Source of the DNA: a virus | DNA length: 64,000 nt | Reading direction: 5' to 3' (one strand) | Virus record (IMG/VR): IMGVR_UViG_3300045988_113151 | In this document: positions 1 through 13,615 of the stretch, piece by piece | Layout: each line of letters begins with the position of its first letter | How positions within the stretch are numbered: the first letter of the stretch is position 1 | The notes under the pieces: generated by a model | What the model was told of the DNA's origin: nothing | What the model saw: the letters and a program-made list of their open reading frames with translations, nothing else | Databases searched by the model: none | Position numbers and translations under genes: made by a program

Positions 1-25
1 TTGGTTCCCGTCTTGCCTTCAGAGG
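1..25 (+). repeat. DGR variable repeat (VR), 3' end only
   Basis: ttggttcccgtcttgccttcagagg (1-25) vs ttagttcccgtcttgcaaacagaaa (208-232). All 6 mismatches sit where the 208-232 copy has A. Confidence 0.7.
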
Positions 26-74
26 TACTATCATAGAAGAAAAAGATATAGAAACTTTTAAAGCTTTAAAATAA
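1..74 (+). CDS. 3' end (partial) of the DGR target gene; C terminus carrying the variable repeat
   Basis: Frame 3-71 reads GSRLAFRGTIIEEKDIETFKALK, TAA at 72-74. Nt 1-25 are a diverged copy of 208-232. The gene body lies upstream of the window. Confidence 0.6.
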   Translation, partial: GSRLAFRGTIIEEKDIETFKALK

Positions 75-99
75 AAATTACTAAAAACATGGGTAGAGG

Positions 100-232
100 T
101 CCGTAGGAAACTATAAGTAGTTCAACGTTCTTACAACAACTCGAATGCCAATGAGAGTGTAGCTTACTTGAATACGAACAACTCAGCTTCGAATACTAAC
201 TCGAACATTAGTTCCCGTCTTGCAAACAGAAA
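100..232 (+). repeat. DGR template repeat (TR); 5' boundary approximate
   Basis: Non-coding tract rich in A and AAC (aacaactcgaat...aatacgaacaactcagcttcgaatactaactcgaacatt). It ends in the 208-232 match to VR and lies directly upstream of the RT gene. Confidence 0.6.
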
Positions 233-383
233 CGCAGTCAGAACCATATAGGCTATTATGCCTAACGGACCGAGCCTTACTAAACTTTCTGAAATACTGA
301 AAGAAGTAAAAAATCACGTGCGTGCCATCATGCGTTTGGTAGGTTAGTTCTCGAAGAAGGTAGATGGCGAAACTGAAGGAAAT

Positions 384-1424
384 ATGCGCAGAGAAGGATA
401 TATAATAGAAGAAATAATTGAATATTCTAATATGTTAGAAAGTTTCAATTACGTTATGAGAGGTACTAAGAGGAAAACTTCTGCAATTGGAATATACTTA
501 ATGGAAAACAAGGAATTAGTAATACAGTAGTTGCAGAAGGAAATAAGTGAAGCTACTTTTAAAATTAGTAGTTATAGAGAGTATAAACTTTATGAATGGG
601 GGAAAGAAAGAATAATACAAGTAATACCTTTAAGAGAAAGAATAGCTTTAAATGCAATAATGAGAGTTGTTGAAAAACATTTAGTGAAGCGATTCATAGC
701 AGATTCAGCAGCTGGTCTTAAAGGTAGAGGGCTACATTATTTATTCTATAGAATGGTCCATGATATCAAAAATAATCCATAGGAAACTAAGTATATATAC
801 AAATGTGATATTCGTAAGTTTTATATGAAAATAAATCAAGTAATCATGATGGAGGTTATCAGAAAATATTTCAAAGATAAGAAACTTATAATATTATTAG
901 ATAGATGTGTATCAATGTTACCAGAAGGATTATCTATAGGACTACGTACTTCACAAGCTCTTGGTAACTTATTATTGAACTATTATGTAGACCATAAATT
1001 AAAAGATCAATATGGTGTTAAGTACTATAGAAGATACTGTGATGACGAATTATTTCAAGCTGCAACTCCTTAGTAGTTAACACCTATAATAGATATATTA
1101 AAGTAGTGCGTATCAAAAGCTGATTTAGATATCAAACCAAATGATCAGTTATATTGCATTAATAATAGAGACATAAACTTTCTAGGGTGTAGAGTTTATG
1201 GTAATGGTAAAATAGCCATTAGAAAAAGAATCAAAAAGAAATTTGCTAAAAAGATTAAAACCATAAAAAGTAAAAAGAGAAAAAGAATATTAATATCTTC
1301 TTTCTATGGTTTAGCTAAGCACGCTCACTCTGGTAATTTGTTTAAAAGAATTACTGGAGTAAGTATAAAATGGTTCTAGAAGCACGGACCAAATGATATG
1401 TATAGATATAAGAAAGTTAAATAA
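384..1424 (+). CDS. DGR-type reverse transcriptase (346 aa with TAG read as sense)
   Basis: ATG 384, TAA 1422-1424. RT motifs RIIQVIPLRERIALNAI, SIGLRTSQALGNLLLNYY (SQ motif typical of DGR RTs), YRRYCDDELF (YxDD), INFLGCRVY. Six in-frame TAGs (528, 780, 1071, 1074, 1104, 1377). Confidence 0.85.
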
Positions 1425-1431
1425 GTAAGCC

Positions 1432-1938
1432 ATGAGAAATTATAGTAATGCAGATATTAAATATATAGAATGTATAAATAACAAATTAAATAAGTGGAGA
1501 ATACGTTGGGATATACAACCAGAATATCAACAAAACGAAGAAGGAAGCCAAGAAGAAAGAGGAGTATCATTTTTAGAATATGAGTTTAAACACAAACCAT
1601 CTTTAGATGAGATAAAAGATGTAGTATTGAAATGGTACAATGATAGAATAGATACTTAGATTTACTCTGGATTTGTATGGAAAAATATGCCAGTGTGGTT
1701 ATCTAAAGAAAATCAATTTAACTATAAAGCAGCATTTGATTTAGCAGTATAGACCAACAGTCAATCATTACCTGTTACATTTAAATTTGGTAGTGAGTAT
1801 CCAATATATTATACATTTGAAACTATTGATGAATTGACTGACTTTTATCAGAAAGCCATGGATCATGTTACTACTACCTTAACAGCTGGATGGGCTTTAA
1901 AAGATTCATTAGATTGGTCAGTATATAATACAGATTGA
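1432..1938 (+). CDS. hypothetical protein (168 aa), possibly a DUF4376-like tail-fibre accessory domain
   Basis: ATG 1432 to TGA 1936-1938 with in-frame TAGs at 1657 and 1750. SGFVWKNMPVWLSKENQFNYKAAFDLA...ELTDFYQKAMDHV resembles DUF4376 from memory only. Confidence 0.45.
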
Positions 1939-2084
1939 GTTAGCAAAAAGAGCTATTACATCTCCTGTATATACTTTTACTTATAGTAACATATACATAC
2001 AGGAGACGTTTCATAAATAAAATGTCAAAGGTATTTTCATATGCTAGCTAATATCATGTTAGCATTAATCTCAGAAAAAAATTA

Positions 2085-2633
2085 ATGATTGTGTTAAGTA
2101 GAAGTGAACAAGTAATGAATCTCGCTAGACGTATATTTGCTAACGGTTACCAATCTATATTAGGTTGGTGTACTGGGATTGCAACTATAATAGCTCCAGC
2201 CGTGCCTTTAATAGGTACTGCTTTTCTGTTCATAATATTAGACTTAATCTATGGGTATAAAGTATATAGAAAATTCACAGGGCGCAAAGATGTTGAATCT
2301 GGTAAATTATGGAATACTTTAGAAAAACTAATGTTTGCATCAGTAATGATTGCTGGGTTTACTTTATTAGATAAGTTTGTATTTATGACATATGCAGATC
2401 TGGTGCTAGCTAAAGTTGCAGCAGGCGCTATATGTTTTGCAGAAATAATATCATTATTAGAATCACGTAAGGCATTAAAGCCTAACTCAATAATAACAAA
2501 ATTACTTTCTAAGATAATAAAATCTAAAGCAGAGAAATACCTAGATGTCGATATTTCAGATATAATAGAAGACTAGAAAAATATTAATACTATTACAAAT
2601 GATACCAGTACTGATAAGCTTAGCAAAAAATAA
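2085..2633 (+). CDS. holin (phage holin family 4-like)
   Basis: Multiple TM segments. FIILDLIYGYKVYRKFTGRKDVESGKLWNTLEKL fits the LD..G...S.K..KK holin signature. In-frame TAG at 2574, true stop TAA 2631-2633. Confidence 0.55.
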
Positions 2634-3255
2634 AATTCTACAAGTTGTCAGTTGGTTTAAAAAGTATTACAAAATAATAGCAGTGATTGTCATTTCGATA
2701 CTCACTGCTATTTTGTTTTATTAGCATGACTAGCTACAAAAGAAGAATTTAGAAATAGATAGAGTAACTAATAACTACGAATTCTACATGAAACAAACCG
2801 CGGAAAGTATTCAATAGAATCAAGTATTGTAGCTTACTTTAAATGAATATAAAGAAACCAAAGATAGCTTAATATAGAAAATAAAAGCTACTTAGAAGAA
2901 ATTAAAAATCAAAGAGAAGGAGCTATCTCAAGTGCAGATATAGGAGCAAGAAATAGTACATGATACTACAGTAGTAGTCAAATCAAATGACTTTGAAGTG
3001 GAAATCAAACCAAATAGTTTAACATCAATTATTATAAGCAGAAAAGATACTCTCCTTAAACATCGTCTAGACATTAGAAATTCTCAAACAGTGTTTGTAG
3101 GTTAGAAAAAAATATACAAAAGATAGTATAAGAATTGGTTCTAGAGACTCCTTCACTTTGATTTTAAAAAGAAAACTATTTATAAGTACCAAATAGATAA
3201 CAGTAATAAATTAATCAAAATAGAAAATACTAGAATAGTTGAATTATCAAAATGA
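2599..3255 (+). CDS. membrane-anchored coiled-coil protein, spanin-like lysis candidate (218 aa)
   Basis: ATG 2599 overlaps the holin 3' end. N-terminal TM (IIAVIVISILTAILFY), then a K/E/Q-rich helical region. 10 in-frame TAGs, TGA 3253-3255. Confidence 0.4.
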
Positions 3256-3419
3256 ACTTTATTAGTAATATAATTAAAATATTCAATATGATGAGAGAAA
3301 GACTGAAAAATGAGATAACTGATATTAAGAATACTATAGCTGAAGCTAAGAAGATGTTTATGGGAGGATTTCCTAAACCACCAGCTATGAATTTTCCAGT
3401 TCCTCAAAATAAACCATAA
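3252..3419 (+). CDS. small protein (55 aa), lysis-cassette partner candidate
   Basis: ATGA overlap with the preceding gene, TAA 3417-3419, followed by a terminator. No TAG inside. Confidence 0.35.
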   Translation: MNFISNIIKIFNMMRERLKNEITDIKNTIAEAKKMFMGGFPKPPAMNFPVPQNKP

Positions 3420-3424
3420 TACTA

Positions 3425-3454
3425 AGGTAGACAATTTAGTCTACCTTTTTTATT
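3425..3454 (+). terminator. rho-independent terminator
   Basis: AGGTAGAC-aattta-GTCTACCT followed by TTTTTATT. Confidence 0.7.
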
Positions 3455-3578
3455 ATGCTTAATTTTAAGAACAGCTATTAGTTATAGCATAGGAATGTAC
3501 CTACCTTATATTAAAATCACACAGTGAGCCTTAAAATGCGTTTAATCACTATTATAATTATAATTAATACATATTAAT

Positions 3579-4244
3579 ATGACATTAAACGAGCTTGTTC
3601 AAGATGTATTACTTGAAGCTAGAAATAATCAGATAACTGAAAGTGAAAAGCTAAGTAGACATCAAATTGAAATATGGATAAAATCCTATCGAGCAATGCT
3701 TATAAAATAGGATATAGATAAAGGTAGAACAGTAAATCCTTTATATACTTAGACTATTAAAATGCATCTCGATAAAGTAGAAGAAGAAACTGGTCATCTA
3801 GAATATATAGGAGACAAAGAATTACCTACACTAATAGATTTTAATTTTAGACCTGGAGTAGTATCTGTAAAAGATATGTTTGGTAATCTAATATAGCTAG
3901 GGTCTGAAACTAAGATGAAACTACAGAGATACAGAAAGTATACATGCAAAGATTACATAGCATATGTTAAAGGCAATAGAATATATGTAGAGGGTGATGC
4001 TAATCAGTTAGAATATATAGAAGTAGAAATAATAGCAGAAGATCCTACTGATTTAAAACTATGTTACAACCCAGAAACAGACGAGTATCCTTTACCAGCA
4101 GCTATGTGGGGTACAATAAAAGATATGATCTTTGCAAAAGACTTTAGAACTATGAGTATGCAACCTTCTGATACTACTAATGACAGTAAAGATGACTTAT
4201 AGAATGTTTATAATCCTAATGTAAATAGAAGAGTAAGAAGATGA
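3579..4244 (+). CDS. virion structural protein, function unknown (221 aa)
   Basis: ATG 3579 to TGA 4242-4244 in one frame with 4 in-frame TAGs. Sits in the virion module with ATGA coupling to the next gene. Confidence 0.55.
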
Positions 4245-4708
4245 ATGAACTAAATAAATCAGCGAATAAAACAGCTTCTTATACTATTCCTTCATTCTAT
4301 AATAACTATTTAAGTAGTATAGAACCAGATACAGTGTATGATATACCATACTCTATTTATAGATAGATAGTAACAGACTACTTTTAGTATATTAGAGATG
4401 AACTATTAGAAAATAGTAAAGAAGTAAAGTTACCATATAGACTTGGGTCAATATAGATAGTAAAACACAAACCTAAACATTATGACGGTAGAAGTCTTAG
4501 AATTGACTACAAGTCTACAAAAGAATTAGGAAAGCTAGTGTATTTGACTAATGAACACTCAGATTGGTATAAATACAGAATTTATTGGAATAAATAGGAT
4601 ATGATAGTAGCTAATAAAAGTAAGTATTAGCTTACTTTAACTAGAGCTAATAAAAGACATCTAGCTTAGCTTATAAAAAATAAAATACACGATTACGAAG
4701 AAATTTAA
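4241..4708 (+). CDS. HU/IHF-like DNA-binding protein candidate (155 aa)
   Basis: KEVKLPYRLGSIQIVKHKPK resembles the HU/IHF beta-arm entry. crAss-like virion modules are known to carry IHF-like genes. 6 in-frame TAGs, TAA 4706-4708. Confidence 0.4.
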
Positions 4709-4726
4709 CTAGCCAATTATAGAATT

Positions 4727-5653
4727 ATGATATACAAAATGGTATCCTCAAAAGCTGTTATAGCTAAAGTAATAGCTGACTTAGGAATGGATGAGGATGA
4801 TATAAAAATAACAGATATTTAGGAATGGATTGGAGAAGCTGTATCAAAGATAGGTTCTGTAAATTAGCTAGATCATAAAGTGGTTAATATACCACTAAAA
4901 GGTTATCAAGCTAAGTTACCTTGTGACTTAGAAAAATTGAATACAGTAGCATTTTCATTCTGTGATTGCGGTGGTTGGCTTCCAATGAGAAAAACAACTA
5001 GCGCATTTAGTGTTTATAGTAGGTCTTGTGAATAGTCTTGTTGCGATATGTTAGTGCAAGATGAAGCTTTAATACCAATGGTAAAAAATATGTTTAATCT
5101 TACTAATGATAGACAAGCTTTAGACAAACTAAATGAAGATGACAATCTAAGATCTACACTTAGTGCTTTACTAAATCAATATACAGTGTGTAGCAGTAAT
5201 GGTAAAATAATAGGAGTAGCTAATAATACTAATTTTAGTAATTCTCTACAGTATGATATCAAACCTGGTTATATCTTTTGCAATATACCAGAAGGTTGGT
5301 TAAAGTTATCATACTATGCTACATATACAGATGAAGAAGGAATGCCAATGATACCTGATAATCCTTCTTACTTTGAAGCCATTTATTGGTATGTTGCTAT
5401 GAAGTTACTGTATATTGAATATTTTAAAGGAAATAAACCGTAGCATATATATTATGATGCCAAAAGTTCATGGAACTTCTATAGAAAACAAGCTTATGCT
5501 GAATCTCTGATGCCTAATGCAGATGAAATAGAAAGCATAAAGAATACTTGGACTACTCTAGTGCCAGAAGTAATGGAGCATGATACATTTTTTAGTGCTA
5601 CTGGTGATAGACAACATATATATAATTAGAACTTTAGTAACTTATGGAAATAA
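4727..5653 (+). CDS. virion/tail structural protein (308 aa)
   Basis: ATG 4727 to TAA 5651-5653, frame checked codon by codon, 5 in-frame TAGs. Confidence 0.55.
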
Positions 5654-8600
5654 ATAGTCAAGTAAATACTTTTGAGGCGGGTATGAATCTGGATTCAGAC
5701 ATCAGTATGTTGAGAAATAATCAATATAGATGGGCTGAAAATATTCGCTTACTCACTGACAATGCTGGTACTACTGGAGTTCTATAGAATATAGAAGATG
5801 TAAGACAGTATGAAAATGGATTGAGTGCTTCAGAAATAATACTAGGTACAGCAGTCACTAGGTGGTACAATAAAGCTAAAGGTATAGTAGAAGAATGCGG
5901 TATAGTTATTACTAAAGAATTATACGAAGGAGATTATATTAACAATATCTATGCTGTTACCGATTTTGATAGTATTAAACCAACCTGGAATTTAGTAGTA
6001 TCAGCAGAAATGGATTTAATTAAAAAGGTAGCTATTGTTAGTAATTACGAAACTGAGAGTGTAAGTAAGATATACATATCTGACGGAGTGTCAGCTATTA
6101 AGTGTGTCAATATATCTAAAGAATATAACACTACTAAATCTAATCATATTATTGATAACACCTACTTCGATTTATTACCTAGTTCTACTATAGCTCCATT
6201 TATACTAGAATCTATGACTACTGGTAGTTTACCAGCTGGTATGGTATAGTATTGTTACCAATTATTTACTACGCATGGTAGTGAGACTACTACATCGTCA
6301 TTGAGTGCAATGATACCTATAATATCTGATAATAGTAACAGATCTAAGACTGTAAATGGAGATCCTAAAGATACTATGACAGATAAGGGTTGTTTACTAA
6401 AAGCTACTATGTTTAATGATGGTAGATTTGAAAGAGTAAGAATAATAAGCATTCAATATTTAACTAATAATCAAGTTCCTAGAATATATATAGTAAATGA
6501 ATGTGACTTACCAGAATCAGAATCTGGTACTGTAACATTTACTTATAATGATAATGGTACTGGTTATATTAGTGAATTAAGTATAGAGGAATTTAATGAT
6601 CTAGTACCATTTGAGTTTAATGCTAAGAGCATAGCTAAAATGAACAACAGACTATTTGCTTCTAACATACAGGAATTAACTTGGGATGTAGACTATGATG
6701 CTAGAGCTTATAGATGTAATAGTAAAGGAATTGTTAAGTTAAACTCTAGTATATCTGATAATATTGAGCTCCCGCTTAAACAGATATTAGATCCACTAAA
6801 TGATGTAATTATTCCTAAATAGCACGACTGTATAAATCCTATGAATAGTCAGACTGTCTATCCCAATGATGTAGATAGCGAGTATGCTTACGGTTTTGAT
6901 GTACAAGTTAGTGCTACAGATGAATTAGAAGAAGAACCAGTAACAGCTAAGATAAGAGGTGGAAAAGGATTTAACATATCTTATAGATTTATTATTGCAG
7001 ACCTAATAGAATCAGATGGTTCTACAGTATCAGATGGAGAAAGCAATAAACCATTTATTGGATATAACCTCGAATTGAGTTCTATGCGTAGAACTACAAA
7101 TAGTATACAATTAAGATGCCCAGAAACTAATTCTATAGTAGCTGTTTCTAATATTAGCACTCCTGGATCTAGAATAAGAAATTATTGTGATCCATTTTAT
7201 GTTGCTAATTTCTTAGGCTATCAAAGAGATGAAGTATACAGATTTGGTATAGTGTTCTACAATAATAAAAATATTCCTTCTCCAGTACATTGGATAGGAG
7301 ATATTAGATTTCCGTCAGCTGATATTCCAGGATATGAGCCTTTTACTTTTGGTGGAACTGTAGATGGAAGTGGTAACTATGAATTAGTATCACATCCTCT
7401 TGGTATTCAGTTTCAAGTAAGCAATATACCTACAGACGTAACAGCATACGAAATTGTAAGATGCGACCGTACTATATCCGATAGAACAGTAGTAGCTCAG
7501 GGTTTATTAAATAGAACAATTAGATATAACGGATGGGCAAATTCTGATGATTATGTTTATAGTAGGCACACATTAGGTCCTATGGATAGAAGACCAGCTA
7601 TTATGCCTACATTCTCAGCATCTAAAGATACAGCATTTGCTCAAGGGTATTACGTTGTTCAAGATAATAGAATGGAACAACAAAAGAAACAATTACAAAA
7701 TCCATTTGACACTAATGGGGTATTTGATTTAGTAAGCCCTGAAATATGTTTCAACAAAGAAAAATCTGAATAGATAATAACATCTGATACTAAAATCGTC
7801 CCTTTATATTGCGGTATGTGTGCTACCTATTGTAATGATACTGGCAACGAACACCATAGATGCGGTATACCTTTTACTGGAGTAGTGAATATTACCAGTA
7901 CAGAATATCAAAAGAACCCATTTGGTGGTATAGCTTCAGAAGCGAGCCATGTTGACGATAAACCAGCATTAGAAAATGGTATACTAGACGGATTTGAATA
8001 GAACGGTGATGAAGAGAGTGGAGGTATATGTAAATACTATTAGTTCTTTACTAAAGAATACGCTAACTACTAGAATTCTAATAATAGAATAGCATTTGAT
8101 ATTAACAGTGCTATAAAAACTACTAATATATCACCTTACACAGACTTAGAAGGAGCTAAAGGTTATATAGATTACATAGATAAATACTCTTATGTTAACT
8201 GGTCAATAGGATCATATGAAGCTTGGGGTCCTCATGGCGTTAATATGGTAGTTACTTCTAATAACTTATATGATACATATAATGGGATATCAAGAACTCC
8301 ATACGGATCTAAATATTCTTACAATGCTGTACTATTTGTTAATATAAAGAAAAGAGCTGCACAATATGGTGGTGATACTTATGCTAATAGACAGAATTCT
8401 ATTTATATAAGTACTAATACTTATATAAAACCAACATGGGATGACTATAGTAGCTCTACTTGTTTTGGAGGTGATACTTACTTAGGAGTATTTGATTATT
8501 CACATACTTTACTATTTACTAAGAATGTATCTACTGATATGAATGGTTATAAGAGATATGTGGGATGTTATATACCGTTAGAATCTAGTGTTAACCTGTA

Positions 8601-9864
8601 TTATAGAAATGATACTCACTTCAGTCAAGAAACTCTACCATCTAGAACAGGAGCAACAGTCGGTTCTGCTAATATATATTATACTACAGAACCTGGAACT
8701 CTAAATACTATATCTGCGCAGAGTGTACCCATGTATGCATACAATGCAGCATATTCTAGTTCTAGTACTAGTAAAAGCTATATACAAAAGTCTATGTATG
8801 CAGAAGATGATGTTAAAAGTTCTAATAGAATAACATGTTCTGAATTAAAGACTAACAATGAACAAACTGATAGTTGGACTAAATTTAAATTTGCCAATTA
8901 CCTAGATGTAGATAGTTCTTATGGACCGATAACTAATCTTAAAGTATTTAAAAACAGGTTATATTACTTCTAGGATAGTGCTGTAGGAATAGCATCAGTA
9001 AACGATAGATCTCTGATAACTGACAACAATGCTGGAGCATTAGTATTAGGTACAGGTGGTATACTTACCAGGTTCGACTACTTAGTAACACTAAATGGAG
9101 ATAGTATAGTAAACGATAAGAGTATTACTAATTCTGAGACTACTATATACTGGTACGATCTTGATAAGAATGTGTTATGTTCATTAGGTAATGGATTTAA
9201 TGAATTATCTAAAGTTAAATTTGTTTAGACGTATCTTAATCGTTTACCAGACAAAGCTAGAACTAATCCTGTATCATTCTATGATAAAAAGTACAACGAA
9301 GTTTGGTTCAGAGTATACGATAGATCTCTTATATTTAATGAATAGTTAGGAGTATTTACTTCATTCTATACCCATAATCCAAACTGGTTCTTCCCATTCT
9401 CTACTAGATTAGTAACTATAAAAAATAATAACTGCTACTATTTACACAACATGTATGATGTAAATAGTGAAGTAAAAGAAGAAAGAGTTTCTTATATTAG
9501 GTTTGTAGTTAATAAAGATATGGCTCAGACTAAAGTATTTGATAACCAATGGATGTATGCAGATCTTACAGACCCAACTAATTAGGATCAAACTAAGATA
9601 TTAAAGAATATATATTTCACTACTAAAACTCAGGAGACAGAACCAATTAATTGGGAAAATATAGACCACAGAGAGGACAATTATAGATTTCCTATTGGCA
9701 GAGAGAAACAGAATGACCCATATCAATAGGAATAGACTAATATGTCTTATGCTGGTAGAATGAGAGGAAAATATTTAATATGTAATTATACATTTGATTG
9801 TAATAACAACAAAGAGTTTAAGCTTCCTTATGTGAAGACAACTTATAGATATTCTATGCTATAA
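5644..9864 (+). CDS. large tail protein (1406 aa); crAss-type stabilization/muzzle-like protein
   Basis: ATG 5644 to TAA 9862-9864 verified codon by codon. It joins six track ORFs in one frame through 13 TAGs. The N terminus NTFEAGMNLDSDISMLRNNQYRWAENIR is typical of podovirus large tail proteins. Confidence 0.7.
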
Positions 9865-9865
9865 T

Positions 9866-11740
9866 ATGAAGAAGAAAATAAATATACCTAAATATGCATA
9901 TGGAGTAGATTAGATTACCGATGCAATAGGTGCAGGATTAAATATGATAGGTAATGCCACATAGGGAAATTAGGTTACAGCTAGTGGTGTATTAAGTGGA
10001 GTAGCAGGTGGAGCTATGGCAGGTGCTCAATTTGGTGTACCTGGTGCTATTATAGGAGGAGGATTAGGTTTAATAACATCTTCTATGGGAACTGGTGGAG
10101 ATGTAAATGAACAAACAGGTGAAGTTACTAATCCATCTGGTATAGCTGGTTTATTTGGTCATAGTAAGAGATACTTACAGAATAGAGGAGCTAAGATAAG
10201 AAACGGTATACAATCTAGATCCAATGCAGAACAAATAGCTTCTGATTACTATATGAATAATGGTTATAATAACTTATCACTATCTAAAGGTGGTGTTGTT
10301 CCATCTACTATGGCTTACTTAGATGATGGAGAATTAATTAGAACTCCAGATGGTACAATAGGCTCAATACCAGAGGAAGGTAAACCAACTGATTCTAATT
10401 TACTTAATGTACCAGTAGGAACTCAGGTACTAAGTGACAAGTTAAAAGTTCCAGGAACTAAAAAGACATTTGCTGAAATGGGAAAGAAATTAATGAGAAA
10501 AGCAAAAGAAGGTGGTGATATTTATGCTCAGAATAGTAAGAGATTAAATGAGCTTAATAATCAACTGGCTTATCAAGAACTATTAGAATTACAGGAGTCA
10601 GTAAAAAACAAAGCTTCTAATAAAGCTAACAAGTATAGTAAAGGTACAGATAGTAATGGTATTTCTCCTAGAATTAAACCTTACAAATATAATACTAATA
10701 TGAGTAAATTTCCATATTGGGACAGTACTACAAACAATTATAAACCTGAATATCTTAACTGGGTTAATAATATTACAGATCAGGATATAAAGGATATTTA
10801 TAGTGGTAAATACGGTGATATGTCTACTTATTTAGGTAAAAACAAAGGAGTAATACCTACTGCGCAAGAAGCTAAAGCTTTGATGACGGATAAAAAGTAT
10901 GGAGACTGGCATAAAATTGGACAAACATTTGCTACAGCTAAAAGTAGAGAGTCCCAAAGTATTCCTAATAAAACTAGATTTGGTAGAAATACTCAAGACT
11001 TTAGTAGAACACCTATTACAGTGAATGCTCCAATAGGTAATGTAGATTCTTCTAACGAAAGAGGATCTTATTTTAATTACACTGGTAATCCTGGTAAAAT
11101 AAATGTCAATAGAAAATTAACCCCGTCTAGTGCTGGAGTATAGGATTCAATAGATCCTGCTAATTTAGGAGGATTAATGAGTAACTTAGCTGCTTTAGCT
11201 GGTCCTATAGGTAATATATCAGTAGGTAGACCAGAACAAGTAGATACTTATACATATGACCCAGTTTATGGTCCTACCGAATATAACATAGATCCTTTAC
11301 TTAATTAGATTGCTTCTAGTGATGCTATAGCAAGATACAACATGGCTAATGTAAATCCAAATACAGGAGCTAACATGGCGTTTGGTATACAATCAGCAGT
11401 AAATAGAAACAATGCAATAGCTAACGCATACTCTCAAAAGAATAATGCTGAAAATCAAATGGCATTTAATAATGCATAGATAGCAAATCAATGGGGACAA
11501 CAGTATGCTAATGCAAGACATATAGCAGCTAATGAATAGGCTTAGAATGATGCTACAGCTAGAAATATACGTAGACAAGGTTATGGTGATTTATCTACAA
11601 GATTGCAAGCTATCAGTAGAGACAAGCGTTTAATGAACAGAGATTAGGCAATGTTAGAAGCAATGCTACCGTATTTAGAATATGGTATGACATCTAAACA
11701 ATTAAAAGAATTACACAGTAGATTAAGTTATGGCAGTTAA
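9866..11740 (+). CDS. virion protein with Gly-rich hydrophobic N terminus (624 aa), ejection/cargo candidate
   Basis: ATG 9866 to TAA 11738-11740 verified. 9 in-frame TAGs. GAGLNMIGN...GVAGGAMAGAQFGVPGAIIGGGLGLI. Confidence 0.6.
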
Positions 11741-13604
11741 TAGATTTGACAAACCAATAGAAAGTGAGTATATTAGTCAATATACTCCAATTCCTTTTGA
11801 ATAGCTATATGCTATAGGTAAAGCAAATAATGAAAGAGTAGATAAAGCTTACAATGATTTAGCAAACCAATTTAGTAAATGGGGTGAGTTTAGATCCCCA
11901 TCAGCAGTAGATACAAAAAGATTTTATGACTATACTATTGGAGCTGCACAAGATCTAGTAAATCAATTAGCTGCAAATCCAGATCTGATAAAAACAGCTG
12001 AAGGTCGTTCGATGATACAATCTTTTATAAACTCTAGACCATATAATGAGTTAAGCTAGTTGCAGCAAAGTCGTGAAGGACTACTTTAGAGATAGACTGT
12101 TAATTAGAAACTTATGTTAGCTGGTAAATATAATCCGTTGTGGCATGATGTAGATTTTACTAATTATGATACAGTAAATAGTGGCATATATAATGATATT
12201 GCTCCGTTGGCTTATAAATCTGAAAGAGAATTAGTAGAACCTTTTGTCAATAACCTGAAACCTGGATTTATTAAGCAAGAAGGTATGTATGATTGGAGAG
12301 GTGTATCTACTGATAGAACAGATACAGAGTTAGCTAAGAATCTATCTTCTATATATAATACCCCAGAAGCACAAAAACATTTAGAAATTCTTCAAAGACA
12401 AGGATTAAGTAAATAGGAAGCTGAAGAACAGTTTGCTAGATCTTTATTTACAGCTGGTAGAGAGTTTGCTTATCAAGATAGAGAATTAAACCCGTTGGCT
12501 AAATTGGATTACGCCGCTTCTCTTAAAAATAATTATCAGCGACCCACTTTTAGACCTATGAGATTAACGGAATCAATTGCTACTACAGGAAGTTAGACAT
12601 TCAATGTTGGTACTAGAGATTACGTTAGAGAAAAATACTCTGAGCAAGTTAATCAGATATATGATAAATATCAAAAGGCTTTGGAAAGCGGGGATAAACT
12701 AGCAGCTAATACGTATGAAGCTCAATTAACCAAAATTAGAGAAGAAGCTAGAAGTTATACTCCACAAAAACTATTTAAAGATATATTTTCGTAGTATATG
12801 GTTGATAATAAACTTACTAATATATCTTTAGCTAATGCTACTAACGAGATATTGAACAGACTGTCTACTCCATTAAAAAATAGTAAAGTAAATGATTTGT
12901 TACAAGAAACTATACCTGGCGTATCTTCCGATAAAGTAAATACTGATTTTGGTAAGAGAAGAGTAATAACTAACGGCATGGGATTAGACTTAGCTACAGA
13001 TGTTTTCACAGAAATTGCTGGTTTAAAGCACGTTAGCGATAGTAAAGATAAGTTCCGTTAGGCTTTAAAAAGTGGTAGAGTAAACGACATGATAGTATTA
13101 CAAGGCGGTAACTTCATTACTTTACCTAGTAAAAATGGAGATACAGTTTCCCCAAACAGTAGTTAGATAGTTACTGTGGCTATACCTCAAAGTTCATTAG
13201 ATAAATTAGGTATTACGGACAGAGATATGATAATATCTGGAGCTAAAAGAATTTATAATAACAAAGGTAAATCTACATATTCTATAGATGTAAAAAAAGG
13301 AGAAAAGAAAATATAGCTTACAGATAGATATTTTAATGAAGACGATGGATATCATGACGAGTATGAGCATGATGGTAAATATTCTTCTTCGATGAGTAAT
13401 GAAACAATGTACTGGCAAATAGATTTGTTAAACAAAATACCAGACCCTAATGGTCAGTTAAATGCAGAATACTTAGATCAACAAGCTTGGAGTTTATCTA
13501 TGTCAAATGCAGCTAGAGGAGAGCTATTTTCATCTACGCAAAGGGATGCGTATGGTGTAGGTTATTCCGCTGGCGAAGATGATGAAGATGAAGATGATAA
13601 ATAA
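11730..13604 (+). CDS. virion protein (624 aa) with acidic C-terminal tail
   Basis: ATG 11730 to TAA 13602-13604. 11 in-frame TAGs. Ends GEDDEDEDDK. Confidence 0.6.
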
Positions 13605-13615
13605 AAATATAAAGT

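Noticed and set aside
1960-2004. Terminator after gene 1432-1938 (CTCCTGTAT ... ATACAGGAG, 9-bp stem)
   Set aside because: The loop is 26 nt and there is no following T-run, so this is not a convincing rho-independent terminator.
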